Below, in pieces: positions 17,313 through 26,741 of a stretch of 64,000 nt of DNA (the first letter of the stretch is position 1; every line of letters begins with the position of its first letter). The notes under the pieces are model-generated. The model had not been told where the DNA came from, ran no database searches, and saw only the letters and a program-made list of their open reading frames with translations. The position numbers and the translations under genes were made by a program. The stretch comes from Cryomorphaceae bacterium. GTDB taxonomy: Bacteria > Bacteroidota > Bacteroidia > Flavobacteriales_D > SKUL01. The stretch is taken from contig REDV01000078.1 of NCBI GenBank assembly GCA_007695365.1, forward strand, positions 43,562-107,561. The letters are read 5' to 3'.

Positions 17313-18503
17313 TTAACGCAGCAATAACCAGGCAGCAGGCATTTCATCGCGCTTGATATCGCGCAGCGCATCCAGCGCCTCCTGTCGGCGCGCATAATTA
17401 CCGAATGTAACCCGGTAAAGCCCTTTGTGCTGATCGAGCAAATAGGCTGGATAGCCCTTTGCACGCAATCGATCTACCAGCTTGTGTGCGTTGGACAGCT
17501 CTGCGAAACACCCGCCCACCACATGGTAACGCATGGCAAGGAGCTCAGGAGTGGCTACATAGGTGTTTACCGCTGGTGCAGGTGGCGGTTCGGGCATCCT
17601 CAATCGCACAGCAACGCCCTCTTCATTGGATACATCAGTAAACGCTATGCGCACAACCTCTTTTTCGGAGTCGAGCAATTCCAGCAAGGCATCATCTTCA
17701 GAATGATCTACCCACAAAAAAGTGTGCTCACGGGCTGTATATACCGGGGGATCCTTGGGGGCGAAGGGGTTAAGGTCTGCAATGGTAAGATGGGCCGGGC
17801 GAAGCACATCTGCTGATGATACCAACCACCCTGAGTAAAGAAGAAAAGGCAACACAACTGCCGCAGCCCATATCCATCGCGCCCTGCGATTACCCGAACT
17901 TTCCTGAGCTTCTGCGGCATCATTCTCCAGGTTTGCTGCATGGGTAATGGGAACTACGGGAGCCTCTGCTGGTTCAGGAGCAGGAACCTTTTTAACCGGA
18001 GCCGATTGCGGCAAGCCGGTTGATTCCGGTACTTTTTCCGGTTGCATCACCGGAATGGCAAACAACTGCTCCAACCCAAAGGCGTCTTTCAAGAAGTTCT
18101 CTTCCTGCGATGGTTGAAACCGCAATTGTCTGGCCGTATCGCGATAAACTATGCCCACCTTTTTAAAGGTGATCCGCTCTCCATTGTTGAGGCGGGTAAA
18201 ATAGTCTTCTACCTCTGTACGTATTTTATCGTTGGCCTCCTCAAACGTGCAGTTGTTCCATTCTGCGAGGTGGCTGGCCAAAAGACCGTCGTTTTTCACC
18301 AGGCTGCGGTTAAATGACACCTCCTTGGAAGGGGGTTGAAAAAGATGCAGGCGCTTGTTGAGCGAAGCTGGTTTGTAATTGGTAACAAAACCGCCAAACT
18401 CCGGAATAATTACGCAGTCATAGTGGTATAGTAAATCGCCTATGTGATTTTGAAGGGCCAATGCGCCGGGCTTTGTACGAAAGTACAAAAGTAATCCAAA
18501 CAC
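17313..18503 (-). CDS. HU-like (HU-CCDC81-type) N-terminal domain / C-terminal SPOR domain protein
   Basis: N-terminal LLYHYDCVIIPEFGGFVTNYKPA. One TM segment. C-terminal SPOR repeat YHVVGGCFAELSNAHKLVDRLRAKGYPAYLL...YRVTFGNY. Track start 18503 is GTG. TTG 18461 would give the family-typical N-terminus (M)ALQNHIGDLLY. Confidence 0.75.
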   Translation of the reverse strand: MFGLLLYFRTKPGALALQNHIGDLLYHYDCVIIPEFGGFVTNYKPASLNKRLHLFQPPSKEVSFNRSLVKNDGLLASHLAEWNNCTFEEANDKIRTEVEDYFTRLNNGERITFKKVGIVYRDTARQLRFQPSQEENFLKDAFGLEQLFAIPVMQPEKVPESTGLPQSAPVKKVPAPEPAEAPVVPITHAANLENDAAEAQESSGNRRARWIWAAAVVLPFLLYSGWLVSSADVLRPAHLTIADLNPFAPKDPPVYTAREHTFLWVDHSEDDALLELLDSEKEVVRIAFTDVSNEEGVAVRLRMPEPPPAPAVNTYVATPELLAMRYHVVGGCFAELSNAHKLVDRLRAKGYPAYLLDQHKGLYRVTFGNYARRQEALDALRDIKRDEMPAAWLLLR

Positions 18504-18533
18504 AGCTGGAATACCGAAAAAAGAGCGCTCGAA

Positions 18534-19289
18534 TCAATAGCCGTAATCTCCCTCCCGGTATCGCTCAAGCATCCGGCGCAAGTCGTCGGGGTGATCAATG
18601 GAATCCGATTCCAAATCGGTTTCGGCAGTGCGGATACGATAACCGTGTTCCAGCCATCGCAGTTGCTCAAGTTGTTCGGCCTTTTCCAACGATGAAGGTG
18701 CAAGCCGCGTAATCTCTTCCAGAATATGGGGTCTGTACGCATACATCCCAATATGCAGAAAGTAAACATGGTCCTTGAGCCATTCGGAAGCCTCTATTCC
18801 GTTGCGATAGGGAAGCGGTGCCCTGCTGAAATACATGGCATCCATCCGCTGGTTCAACAGCACTTTTACACGGTTGGGATTGAAGAGGTCGGCCGTGCGT
18901 TCTGCGCGCTTTACAAGCGTGGCTATCTGGGTATTACGGTCTTCAAAACAACCGATCAGGTTATTGACCTGACCGGGTTGAATAAAGGGCTCATCTCCCT
19001 GGATGTTGACCACCACATCAAAGTCCTCATCCACTTTGGCACAAGCCTCCTGACAACGATCTGTGCCGCTGGGATGATTCGCGGAAGTCATCAAAACTTC
19101 TCCCCCAAAAGCACGGCCAGCCTCTGCAATACGCTCGTCATCGGTCGCGATAACCACCTTGGTCAATTGGGCCTTACAGGCTTGCTCATAAACCCTCTGT
19201 ATCATGGGTTTACCCGCGATATCTGCCAATGGTTTGCCGGGAAACCTTGAGGATGCATAGCGGGCCGGAATAATGCCGAGGGCTTTCAT
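18534..19289 (-). CDS. kdsB: 3-deoxy-manno-octulosonate cytidylyltransferase (CMP-KDO synthetase)
   Basis: MKALGIIPARYASSRFPGKPL N-terminus. NIQGDEP motif. 251 aa. Confidence 0.93.
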   Translation of the reverse strand: MKALGIIPARYASSRFPGKPLADIAGKPMIQRVYEQACKAQLTKVVIATDDERIAEAGRAFGGEVLMTSANHPSGTDRCQEACAKVDEDFDVVVNIQGDEPFIQPGQVNNLIGCFEDRNTQIATLVKRAERTADLFNPNRVKVLLNQRMDAMYFSRAPLPYRNGIEASEWLKDHVYFLHIGMYAYRPHILEEITRLAPSSLEKAEQLEQLRWLEHGYRIRTAETDLESDSIDHPDDLRRMLERYREGDYGY

Positions 19290-19291
19290 GG

Positions 19292-21856
19292 TTATATCTC
19301 GAGCGAATATTGCAGCATGGTTAAACGCGGTGATTCTATACTCAACGGGCGGATTGCGTATTCCGTATTGTACAGATTGTTGACAATGAGAGCCACTTTG
19401 CTTCGTTTCGACACTTTAACCGATGCGCGGAGATCCATCACATAAATGGGGTTTTGGTTGTCTTCCATCCACTGCGTTACACCCGAAGGCAGAAACAAAT
19501 CTGTATCCAGCACAATAAAAGCGCGGTCTATATTGCGAATGGGTGTCATCATTCTTACACTGGTGCCCAAGCTGAAACCTTTGTATGTGGCTTCCACATC
19601 GAGTTTGGCCATGTGCTCCACCCTATACTTCAGCAGGTTGCCGTCTCCAAAAGAGCTTGTGTTTTGATAGGTAATGGGAGCAAATACGGGCTGAAGACCC
19701 ACCTGATCTGCCGGATTTTCAGGCACTATCGGGTAATTGTCTCCCATTGCCGTTTCTAAATCCGACACGATGTACACATTCTCCGGGTCAAGCACCAGTG
19801 GCTGCACATACGTGTATCCCAAAAGCAGGTTAAGCTCAACGCCTCCGATTTTGCCCTGACCCATTACTGAAAAGTCGAGGCCGCGAACAAGCGCGGGGCC
19901 AGTATTAACCGACCGGAAACCGAGGATTTCGTTCAGTTGCTGAATATTTAAACCCGGGCCCAAAGGATCAGGCACCCCCCAGGTGCCGAAAGTGAACTCG
20001 ATGAAGTTATCAAACTCCTGGTAGAAAACAGCTGCATCAACAAAACCGCGAAAACCACCCACTTCAAATCCCTGCTTCACTCCAAACTCAGCATTGTAGC
20101 TGCGCTCAGACTGAAGGTTGGGATTCGGGAAAATGTTCTGACCGCCTACCGCAGTTACAATAAAGCGCTCGCCGATGGTTGGAAACCGAATACCCTGACC
20201 GATAGAGGCCCGCACAAAGGTGCCATCGAGCACCCGGTAATTCGCCCCCGCGCGGAAAATGGGTGCCTCCCTAAAGTCATTGTTGATGCGAAACCACTCA
20301 TAGCGCACACCTCCCGACAGGGTGAGCCGGTGAAACAGGCGCTTGTCAATCTGCATGAATAGCGCAGAATTGTGTGCAAAGTTTTCGCCGTCTCCGCGCT
20401 CATTGGCCACATACAAATTCGACCACGCATCCGTGTAGGTGGTCATACCCCCGGCCGTGATATTCAGGCCCTCAATGCCGTAATGACTAAAGTCTTGACT
20501 TACTGTGTATTCAGCAAAGTAAGTGCGCGAATAATTAGATTGATTGTTGGTGTTCTCGTTATCGAGGTGGAAGTACCGCGTTTTAAGTTTGTGGTTTCGT
20601 CCCTTTTTGCCAATGTATTCTACGTATGGGTCTATATTAAAGTTAAGTTGCTCCGTTGTGGTAATTCCGCGGGTTCGCGGACGGTACAGACCAGTATCCG
20701 CATCGAGCCAGAGCAAGGCAAAGCTGCTGAGGCTGTACATGGCGTTTGAATTAACTCCCACACTCAAGCCTTCGATGTTCTTAAAGCGATAGCGCAAATT
20801 GAGGTTTCCACGGGCGCGGTTTTCTGACATTTGCGCAGGTCTTCTGAACAAGGTATCACCCGATTCCTCAATGCTGTCCCATACCAACGGGCGGCCATTT
20901 TCATCGAATTTATCGGGTATCTCGGGGCCTGTAAAACCCATGTCAGAAAAGAGGTTGGCTCCGAAAGTCACATCCAGTTGCCCCACCTTGCGGGAGTGAA
21001 AAAAGTTTGCGCCTCCTTGCATCGGTGCAGCCACCATATTCTGCACAGGGTGGTACACACCCAACTCATGCCGGTAATCCGGGTCGCGCCAATACAAGTC
21101 CGGGCTGGTACGCGGTGCGCTGTATACCCCTTTAAATATGCTCACCTTGGTAATGGGCTCATCGCGGGGGTATGCGGTGCGCAGGTTGATCACTCCACTC
21201 AGTGCCGCTGACCCGTAAAGCACGCTCGATGCTCCTTTGATGACCTCTATTTGTTCTACATTCTCCGTCGGGAGGTAGCCCCAGTTGGGACGTCCGATAT
21301 CGCCGGAAAGCATGGGTATGTCATCGAGCAACACCTGCACACGGCTTCCTGCACCAAAACTATAGCCGCTACCTCCGCGAATCTGCGGCTCACCATCCAC
21401 AAGAATTACACCCGGTGTTTGATCCAGCACCTGAGAAATATTGGTATTATTCCGGTTCTCAATCAAATAAGGTTTTATAACCTCCATGGAAACCGTAAGT
21501 TCCTCCAGTCGCTGTTCATAGCGCCCCGCGCTTATTACCACCATTTCGAGCTGGCTTACGCTGGGCGTCAGCATCACTTTCACTTCGGTAGCTTCTCCGG
21601 CTTTTATTTCATAGGTTTTCTCGAGGTTTTCAAACCCAATGTAGCGGAATGTTATAGTATGTGTACCGGGAGAGAGAGAGAATTCAAACCTACCATCGAT
21701 ATCTGTGGTAACACCAGAGCCATTTTTGGCAATTACATTTACACCAATAAGTAGGTCTTTGGTATCGGAAGAGCTTACTGTACCGCGCAAAATACCCAAC
21801 TGTGCATGAGCGCAAATGGCACCCAGCAACAATCCCAAGACAAGGAAAATTCTCAT
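19292..21856 (-). CDS. TonB-dependent outer-membrane receptor with N-terminal carboxypeptidase-regulatory-like domain
   Basis: Signal peptide present. CarbopepD_reg-like GILRGTVSSSDTKDLLIGVNV. Plug region (IEVIKGASSVLYGSAALSGVINL). Long beta-barrel. Stops 2 nt before the kdsB start. Confidence 0.88.
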   Translation of the reverse strand: MRIFLVLGLLLGAICAHAQLGILRGTVSSSDTKDLLIGVNVIAKNGSGVTTDIDGRFEFSLSPGTHTITFRYIGFENLEKTYEIKAGEATEVKVMLTPSVSQLEMVVISAGRYEQRLEELTVSMEVIKPYLIENRNNTNISQVLDQTPGVILVDGEPQIRGGSGYSFGAGSRVQVLLDDIPMLSGDIGRPNWGYLPTENVEQIEVIKGASSVLYGSAALSGVINLRTAYPRDEPITKVSIFKGVYSAPRTSPDLYWRDPDYRHELGVYHPVQNMVAAPMQGGANFFHSRKVGQLDVTFGANLFSDMGFTGPEIPDKFDENGRPLVWDSIEESGDTLFRRPAQMSENRARGNLNLRYRFKNIEGLSVGVNSNAMYSLSSFALLWLDADTGLYRPRTRGITTTEQLNFNIDPYVEYIGKKGRNHKLKTRYFHLDNENTNNQSNYSRTYFAEYTVSQDFSHYGIEGLNITAGGMTTYTDAWSNLYVANERGDGENFAHNSALFMQIDKRLFHRLTLSGGVRYEWFRINNDFREAPIFRAGANYRVLDGTFVRASIGQGIRFPTIGERFIVTAVGGQNIFPNPNLQSERSYNAEFGVKQGFEVGGFRGFVDAAVFYQEFDNFIEFTFGTWGVPDPLGPGLNIQQLNEILGFRSVNTGPALVRGLDFSVMGQGKIGGVELNLLLGYTYVQPLVLDPENVYIVSDLETAMGDNYPIVPENPADQVGLQPVFAPITYQNTSSFGDGNLLKYRVEHMAKLDVEATYKGFSLGTSVRMMTPIRNIDRAFIVLDTDLFLPSGVTQWMEDNQNPIYVMDLRASVKVSKRSKVALIVNNLYNTEYAIRPLSIESPRLTMLQYSLEI

Positions 21857-21863
21857 ATATTTG
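21856..21863 (+). promoter_or_regulatory. -7 box TATATTTG for dprA
   Basis: 56 nt upstream of TTG 21919. Abuts the start codon of the divergent receptor gene. Confidence 0.4.
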
Positions 21864-21903
21864 GCTGCTTAAGGCGATTCCCTACGGGGATCGGTTCACC
21901 TCG

Positions 21904-21911
21904 CAAATATA
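21904..21911 (-). promoter_or_regulatory. -7 box TATATTTG (minus strand) for the receptor-kdsB-SPOR string
   Basis: 48 nt upstream of ATG 21856. Confidence 0.4.
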
Positions 21912-21918
21912 GCAGGAT

Positions 21919-23043
21919 TTGAAAACCGGCACTGATTTCTGGAAGATAGCACTGAGCCTCATTGAAGGCATCGGACCGGCCACGGCTCGTAAGCTTGTTC
22001 GCGCCTTTGGCTCTCCCGAAAAGGTGTTTGAAGCACCGGTTGGAGCACTCCGCAAAATACCTGGGGTTCACGAACAGGTGGTGAATCAAATTCTATCCGG
22101 CACTTGCCTGCCAGAAGCTGAGCGCGAGGCTGGTTTCGTGAAAGAACACAATGTACGCGTACAACTGGCCAGCGATGATGATTACCCGCTGCGTCTTCGT
22201 CAATGCCCCGACGCTCCTGTTATCCTGTACACACGCGGCAATTTCAACCCTGACTCAGGGCGGGTGCTGGCTGTAGTAGGAACGAGGCAGGCCACACCCC
22301 ACGGAAAAGCGGCTTGCGAACGGATTATCGAATCGTTGAGCCAGGAATCTGTGCTCATCGTGAGCGGTATGGCCTACGGTGTGGATTTTTGTGCCCATCA
22401 GGCAGCTCTTCGCTACGGCTTACCAACCGCGGCTGTTTTTGCGCACGGCCTGGACACCGTGTATCCCTCGGTGCACCGGAAAACTGCCAACCAAATGCTC
22501 GAAAACGGTGGCTGGGTGAGCGAATTCAGAAGCATGACCGCCCTTGACCGCCACTATTTTCCGCGCAGAAACCGAATTGTTGCCGGAATGTGCGACGGAG
22601 TATTGGTGATTGAATCCGACAAAAAAGGTGGCTCACTCATCACCGCCGATATTGCCAACTCATACAGCCGGGAGGTGATGGCGCTTCCCGGAAGGGCAGA
22701 CGACATTCGCTCAGCCGGTTGCAATTGGCTGATTAAAACGCACCGCGCAGCACTGGTTGAATCCGGCGAAGACGTATTGCGCCATATGGGCTGGGAACGC
22801 CGCGAAGCCGAACCCGCTCCGGTTCAGCTATCGGTTTTTCCGAGCTTATCGGAAGATGAATTGGAACTGGCCCGGTGTCTTCAGCAGTCGGGACCGGTAT
22901 CCATTGATGCATTGGCAGACCTTTCGGGCAAACCCATGCAGGATGTGTCACATCTGCTTCTCAACCTCGAAATGGAAGGTGTTGTAAAAGCCATGCCCGG
23001 CAAGCGTTACAGCCTGAAAAAGCCGCTGGCGAGCTTCGGCTAG
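21919..23043 (+). CDS. dprA: DNA-processing protein DprA (Smf)
   Basis: TTG start. Rossmann-like core AVVGTRQATPHG...SGMAYGVDFCAHQAAL. C-terminal winged-helix tail. Confidence 0.9.
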   Translation: MKTGTDFWKIALSLIEGIGPATARKLVRAFGSPEKVFEAPVGALRKIPGVHEQVVNQILSGTCLPEAEREAGFVKEHNVRVQLASDDDYPLRLRQCPDAPVILYTRGNFNPDSGRVLAVVGTRQATPHGKAACERIIESLSQESVLIVSGMAYGVDFCAHQAALRYGLPTAAVFAHGLDTVYPSVHRKTANQMLENGGWVSEFRSMTALDRHYFPRRNRIVAGMCDGVLVIESDKKGGSLITADIANSYSREVMALPGRADDIRSAGCNWLIKTHRAALVESGEDVLRHMGWERREAEPAPVQLSVFPSLSEDELELARCLQQSGPVSIDALADLSGKPMQDVSHLLLNLEMEGVVKAMPGKRYSLKKPLASFG

Positions 23044-23045
23044 AC

Positions 23046-24233
23046 TTATCCGTTTTTAATAGCTGCCACTCCGGGCAGTTCCATTCCCTCGAGGTACTCA
23101 AGCATAGCGCCGCCACCGGTGCTCACGTAGCTCACCCTTTGGGCAAGTTCAAACTGATTAACCGCTGCTACCGAATCTCCTCCGCCCACCAGCGAAAAGG
23201 CACCCCCATCTGTAGCTTCGGCAATGGCCAACGCAATCTCTTTGGTGCCGCGGGCAAAGTTCTCCATTTCAAATACCCCCATCGGTCCGTTCCAGAGAAT
23301 GCTCTTACAGGCCAAAATCGCCTCGCGGTAATGCCTTATACTGTCTTCGCCAATGTCCAATCCCATCCACCCCATCGGAATTTCATCGCTCGGGCAGCTG
23401 TCGCGATTGGCCTCGTTCTGAAATTCATCTGCTATTACTGAATCGGGTGGCAGGAGCAATGTCACCTTGTGCTTTTTGGCCGCTTCAATCACCTCCAGAG
23501 CCATGCTGAGCTTGTCTTCCTCCACCATCGAGTTACCCACTTCACCTCCCATGGCGCGCACAAAGGTGTATGTCATGCCTCCTCCAATCAACATGTAATC
23601 TACCCTGGGCAGTAAGTTTTGAATAACCCCGATTTTGGAGCTCACCTTGGCTCCTCCTACAATAGCCACTGCCGGTGAGGCTGGCGATTGCATAAAGCGG
23701 TCAAGGTTTTCGAGCTCGTCCTGCATCAACATGCCGAACATTTTATCGCTCACAAAACGGGCAATAACCGCCGTGGAAGCGTGGGCACGGTGAGCCGTTC
23801 CAAAGGCGTCGTTCACGTATACATCGCCGTGTTTGGCCAGCTCTGCGGCAAAGCCTTCATCACCCGCAGTCTCCTCTTTGTAAAACCTGAGGTTTTCGAG
23901 CAGTATGACCTGCCCTGGTTTGATGCCGGATGTAGCTGCCAGCGCATCGGGGCCCTTGCAATCATTCACAAAAGCCACCTCCCGACCCAGCAATGATGAA
24001 AGGGTGGGCACGATATGCTTCAGCGAAAAACGATGCTCCGGACCTTCTTTGGGCCTTCCAAGGTGCGACATGAGTACCACAGAGCCCCCACCTTCGAGAA
24101 TCAATTTTACCGTTTGCAAGGTGGCCCTGATGCGGGTATCATCGGTTACTTCAAAGCGCTCATTGAGCGGCACGTTGAAATCCACGCGGATCAGTGCCCG
24201 CTTACCTGAAAAATCGTAGTCTTTGATCGTCAT
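23046..24233 (-). CDS. pgk: Phosphoglycerate kinase
   Basis: DFSGKRALIRVDFNVP, LENLRFYKEE and GGGDS motifs. Track start 24239 is GTG, and an ATG lies 2 codons downstream at 24233. Confidence 0.96.
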   Translation of the reverse strand: MTIKDYDFSGKRALIRVDFNVPLNERFEVTDDTRIRATLQTVKLILEGGGSVVLMSHLGRPKEGPEHRFSLKHIVPTLSSLLGREVAFVNDCKGPDALAATSGIKPGQVILLENLRFYKEETAGDEGFAAELAKHGDVYVNDAFGTAHRAHASTAVIARFVSDKMFGMLMQDELENLDRFMQSPASPAVAIVGGAKVSSKIGVIQNLLPRVDYMLIGGGMTYTFVRAMGGEVGNSMVEEDKLSMALEVIEAAKKHKVTLLLPPDSVIADEFQNEANRDSCPSDEIPMGWMGLDIGEDSIRHYREAILACKSILWNGPMGVFEMENFARGTKEIALAIAEATDGGAFSLVGGGDSVAAVNQFELAQRVSYVSTGGGAMLEYLEGMELPGVAAIKNG

Positions 24234-24241
24234 TTCCACCG

Positions 24242-24249
24242 TATATTTG
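24242..24249 (+). promoter_or_regulatory. -7 box TATATTTG for holB
   Basis: 57 nt upstream of ATG 24306. Confidence 0.4.
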
Positions 24250-24252
24250 GAG

Positions 24253-24260
24253 CAAAAGTA
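24253..24260 (-). promoter_or_regulatory. -7 box TACTTTTG (minus strand) for pgk
   Basis: 20 nt upstream of ATG 24233, which implies a very short leader. Confidence 0.4.
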
Positions 24261-24305
24261 GAACTAATTCAGTATTCGTTTCCCTGCGAAACAACCCTTC
24301 AAAAA

Positions 24306-25439
24306 ATGGCCGCCCAGAACTTTGCATCCGTAGTAGGACAACAATCTGTGAAAAATCTGCTTTTGGGTGCAGTACAGCGCAACCACGTAAGTCATGCGCT
24401 TCATTTTGTGGGCCCTGAAGGCTCCGGCAACCTCTCCCTGGCACTTGCTTTTGCTGCGTACCTCTTGTGCAACCAACCCGGTGAGCACGATGCCTGCGGC
24501 TCATGTCCGTCGTGCATCAAAATGGCAAGCCTGCAGCACCCTGATTTACATTTTCTTTTTCCGGTTGTGAAACCCGACACCAACAAATCCGTCGAAGTGT
24601 TCATGGCCGAGTGGCGCAAAATGCTCCTTACCAACCCGCTGTTCACATACAAAGACTGGATGCAGGTTATTGCCGACGAGAATAAAACGGGCATTATTTC
24701 GGTTCATCTGGCCCAGGAAATCCAACAAAAGGTAAACATGAAATCTTTTGAAGGCGGTTACCGGATTGCGCTTATCTGGATGCCCGAAACCATGAAGCCA
24801 CCAGCGGCCAACAAGCTGCTTAAAGTCATTGAAGAGCCACCCGCCAAAACACTGTTTCTACTCGTTGGAAATTCGCGTGACACCCTGCTTCCAACCATTC
24901 TTTCAAGGCTTCAAACAGTTAAGGTTCCTCCGTTGGCAGATAACGAGGTTGAAACAGTGCTGCGCGACAAGATGGGCGCTGCTCCTGAAAAGGCCCGGCA
25001 CATTGCACTGATGAGCGCGGGAAACCTCAGGGATGCACTGCTTCATATGCAGGAAGAAGGGGGGCAGGAAGACTTTGTTGCTCTCTTTGGCGACTGGTTC
25101 AGGGCGTGCTACAAAAAAAGCGATGGCGTAAATCGCATTGCCCTGTCCGACAGGTTTTCAGACCTGAAGCGCGAAGGTCAAAAGTCTTTTCTTGCCTTCT
25201 CGCTCAAAATGCTGCGGCAGTGTATGCTAGTCGCCAATGGGCGAGAAGATTTACTAACCGTTGACGGTAACGCCCGAAAGCTTGTCGTCAACCTTGCCAA
25301 AGCCATACCGGTGCAGGCCATGCCTCAAATGGCCAAAGCCATCGATGAAGCCATATACCACATTGAACGGAACGCCCACGGAAAAATCACCTTTGTGGAC
25401 CTTTCAATACAAATCAAGAATCTGTTTTGGAATAGCTAA
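24306..25439 (+). CDS. holB: DNA polymerase III subunit delta' (clamp-loader AAA+ subunit)
   Basis: HALHFVGPEGSGNLSLALAFAAYLLC. Zinc module CGSCPSC. PTILSRLQ sensor motif. Confidence 0.85.
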   Translation: MAAQNFASVVGQQSVKNLLLGAVQRNHVSHALHFVGPEGSGNLSLALAFAAYLLCNQPGEHDACGSCPSCIKMASLQHPDLHFLFPVVKPDTNKSVEVFMAEWRKMLLTNPLFTYKDWMQVIADENKTGIISVHLAQEIQQKVNMKSFEGGYRIALIWMPETMKPPAANKLLKVIEEPPAKTLFLLVGNSRDTLLPTILSRLQTVKVPPLADNEVETVLRDKMGAAPEKARHIALMSAGNLRDALLHMQEEGGQEDFVALFGDWFRACYKKSDGVNRIALSDRFSDLKREGQKSFLAFSLKMLRQCMLVANGREDLLTVDGNARKLVVNLAKAIPVQAMPQMAKAIDEAIYHIERNAHGKITFVDLSIQIKNLFWNS

Positions 25440-25466
25440 CTTTGTCCGCCTAAGAAAGCCGATAAC

Positions 25467-26738
25467 ATGGGATGCAGCAGTTGTTCGAAGGGTGGAGGCA
25501 TACCGGCCGGTTGTAAAAGCAACGGCTCGTGTGGCACCTATGGATGTAACAACCTGGACGTTTTTGACTGGCTGGCCGACATTGCTCCGCCTTCAGGGCA
25601 GAGCGGATTTGGAGTTGTTGAAGTGCGTTTTAAAGGCATACGAAAAGCGTTTTACCGCAATTCCGAAACAGAGCGTTTCCTAGTGGGCGATGTGGTAGCC
25701 GTTGAAGGCAACCCCGGCCATGACGTAGGCGTGGTATCGGCCTCGGGAGAATTGGTGCGGCTGCAACTTCGCAAGCACGGCATTGACGAAAACGACCGCG
25801 ATATCCGGCGCATATACCGCCGTGCTACAACCGAAGATATGGAGCGCTGGCGCGAATCGCGTGCGCGGGAGGACGAAACCATGTTTAAAGCCCGCCGCAT
25901 AGCCGATTCTCTGAAGCTCGATATGAAAATAAGTGATGTGGAGTTTCAGGGCGACGGCGCCAAAGCCACCTTTTACTACACCGCTGATGACCGGGTGGAT
26001 TTTCGCCAACTGATACGTGAATTTGCCGATACATTTGGCGTGCGTGTTGAAATGCGCCAGATTGGTGCCCGTCAGGAAGCCAGCCGTGTAGGTGGAATCG
26101 GTTCCTGCGGACGCGAATTGTGCTGCTCAACATGGCTTACGGATTTTCGGTCGGTATCTACCAGTGCTGCGCGCTATCAGCAACTTTCTATCAATCCGCA
26201 AAAGCTGGCCGGCCAGTGCGGTAAACTCAAATGCTGTCTGAACTATGAGCTGGACAGCTACCTGGATGCTCTCAAAGATTTTCCGGATAGCAGCACCCGA
26301 CTGAAAACCAAGAAAGCCAACGCTTTTTGTATCAAGACTGACATTTTTCAGCGCAAAATGTGGTTCCTCTACGAAAATGAGCCGGGAGCCAATCCGGTTT
26401 GCTTAATGGTGGAGGAAGTGAAAAGTGTGATTGAGCAAAACAAAAAAGGCGTTATTCCGCATGACCTCAAGCAGTTTGAATATGTGGAGGAGGTAGAGGT
26501 GCTTCCCGATTACGAAAACGTGGTAGGTCAGGACAGCTTGAATAGATTTGACACACCGAAGCGAAAAAAGAAGCGCCGAAAAAAACCTGCTCAGGGCGGT
26601 GCAGGAAAGCCCGGCCAGCAGCAGGCAAAAACACAGCCTGCAGACAAGCAAGCCCAACACGGGGCTTCGAGCGGAAATCGACCTAAGCGGCGGAAAAACA
26701 GACAAGGCGGAAAACCGCGTCGGCCCAAAAACGACTAA
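25467..26738 (+). CDS. PSP1-domain protein (RicT/YaaT-like) with Cys-rich N-terminus and basic C-terminal tail
   Basis: PSP1 core around VRVEMRQIGARQEASRVGGIGSCGRELCCSTWL. N-terminus MGCSSCSKGG...CGTYGC. The last ~60 aa are rich in K/R/Q/G/P. Confidence 0.85.
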   Translation: MGCSSCSKGGGIPAGCKSNGSCGTYGCNNLDVFDWLADIAPPSGQSGFGVVEVRFKGIRKAFYRNSETERFLVGDVVAVEGNPGHDVGVVSASGELVRLQLRKHGIDENDRDIRRIYRRATTEDMERWRESRAREDETMFKARRIADSLKLDMKISDVEFQGDGAKATFYYTADDRVDFRQLIREFADTFGVRVEMRQIGARQEASRVGGIGSCGRELCCSTWLTDFRSVSTSAARYQQLSINPQKLAGQCGKLKCCLNYELDSYLDALKDFPDSSTRLKTKKANAFCIKTDIFQRKMWFLYENEPGANPVCLMVEEVKSVIEQNKKGVIPHDLKQFEYVEEVEVLPDYENVVGQDSLNRFDTPKRKKKRRKKPAQGGAGKPGQQQAKTQPADKQAQHGASSGNRPKRRKNRQGGKPRRPKND

Positions 26739-26741
26739 ACG

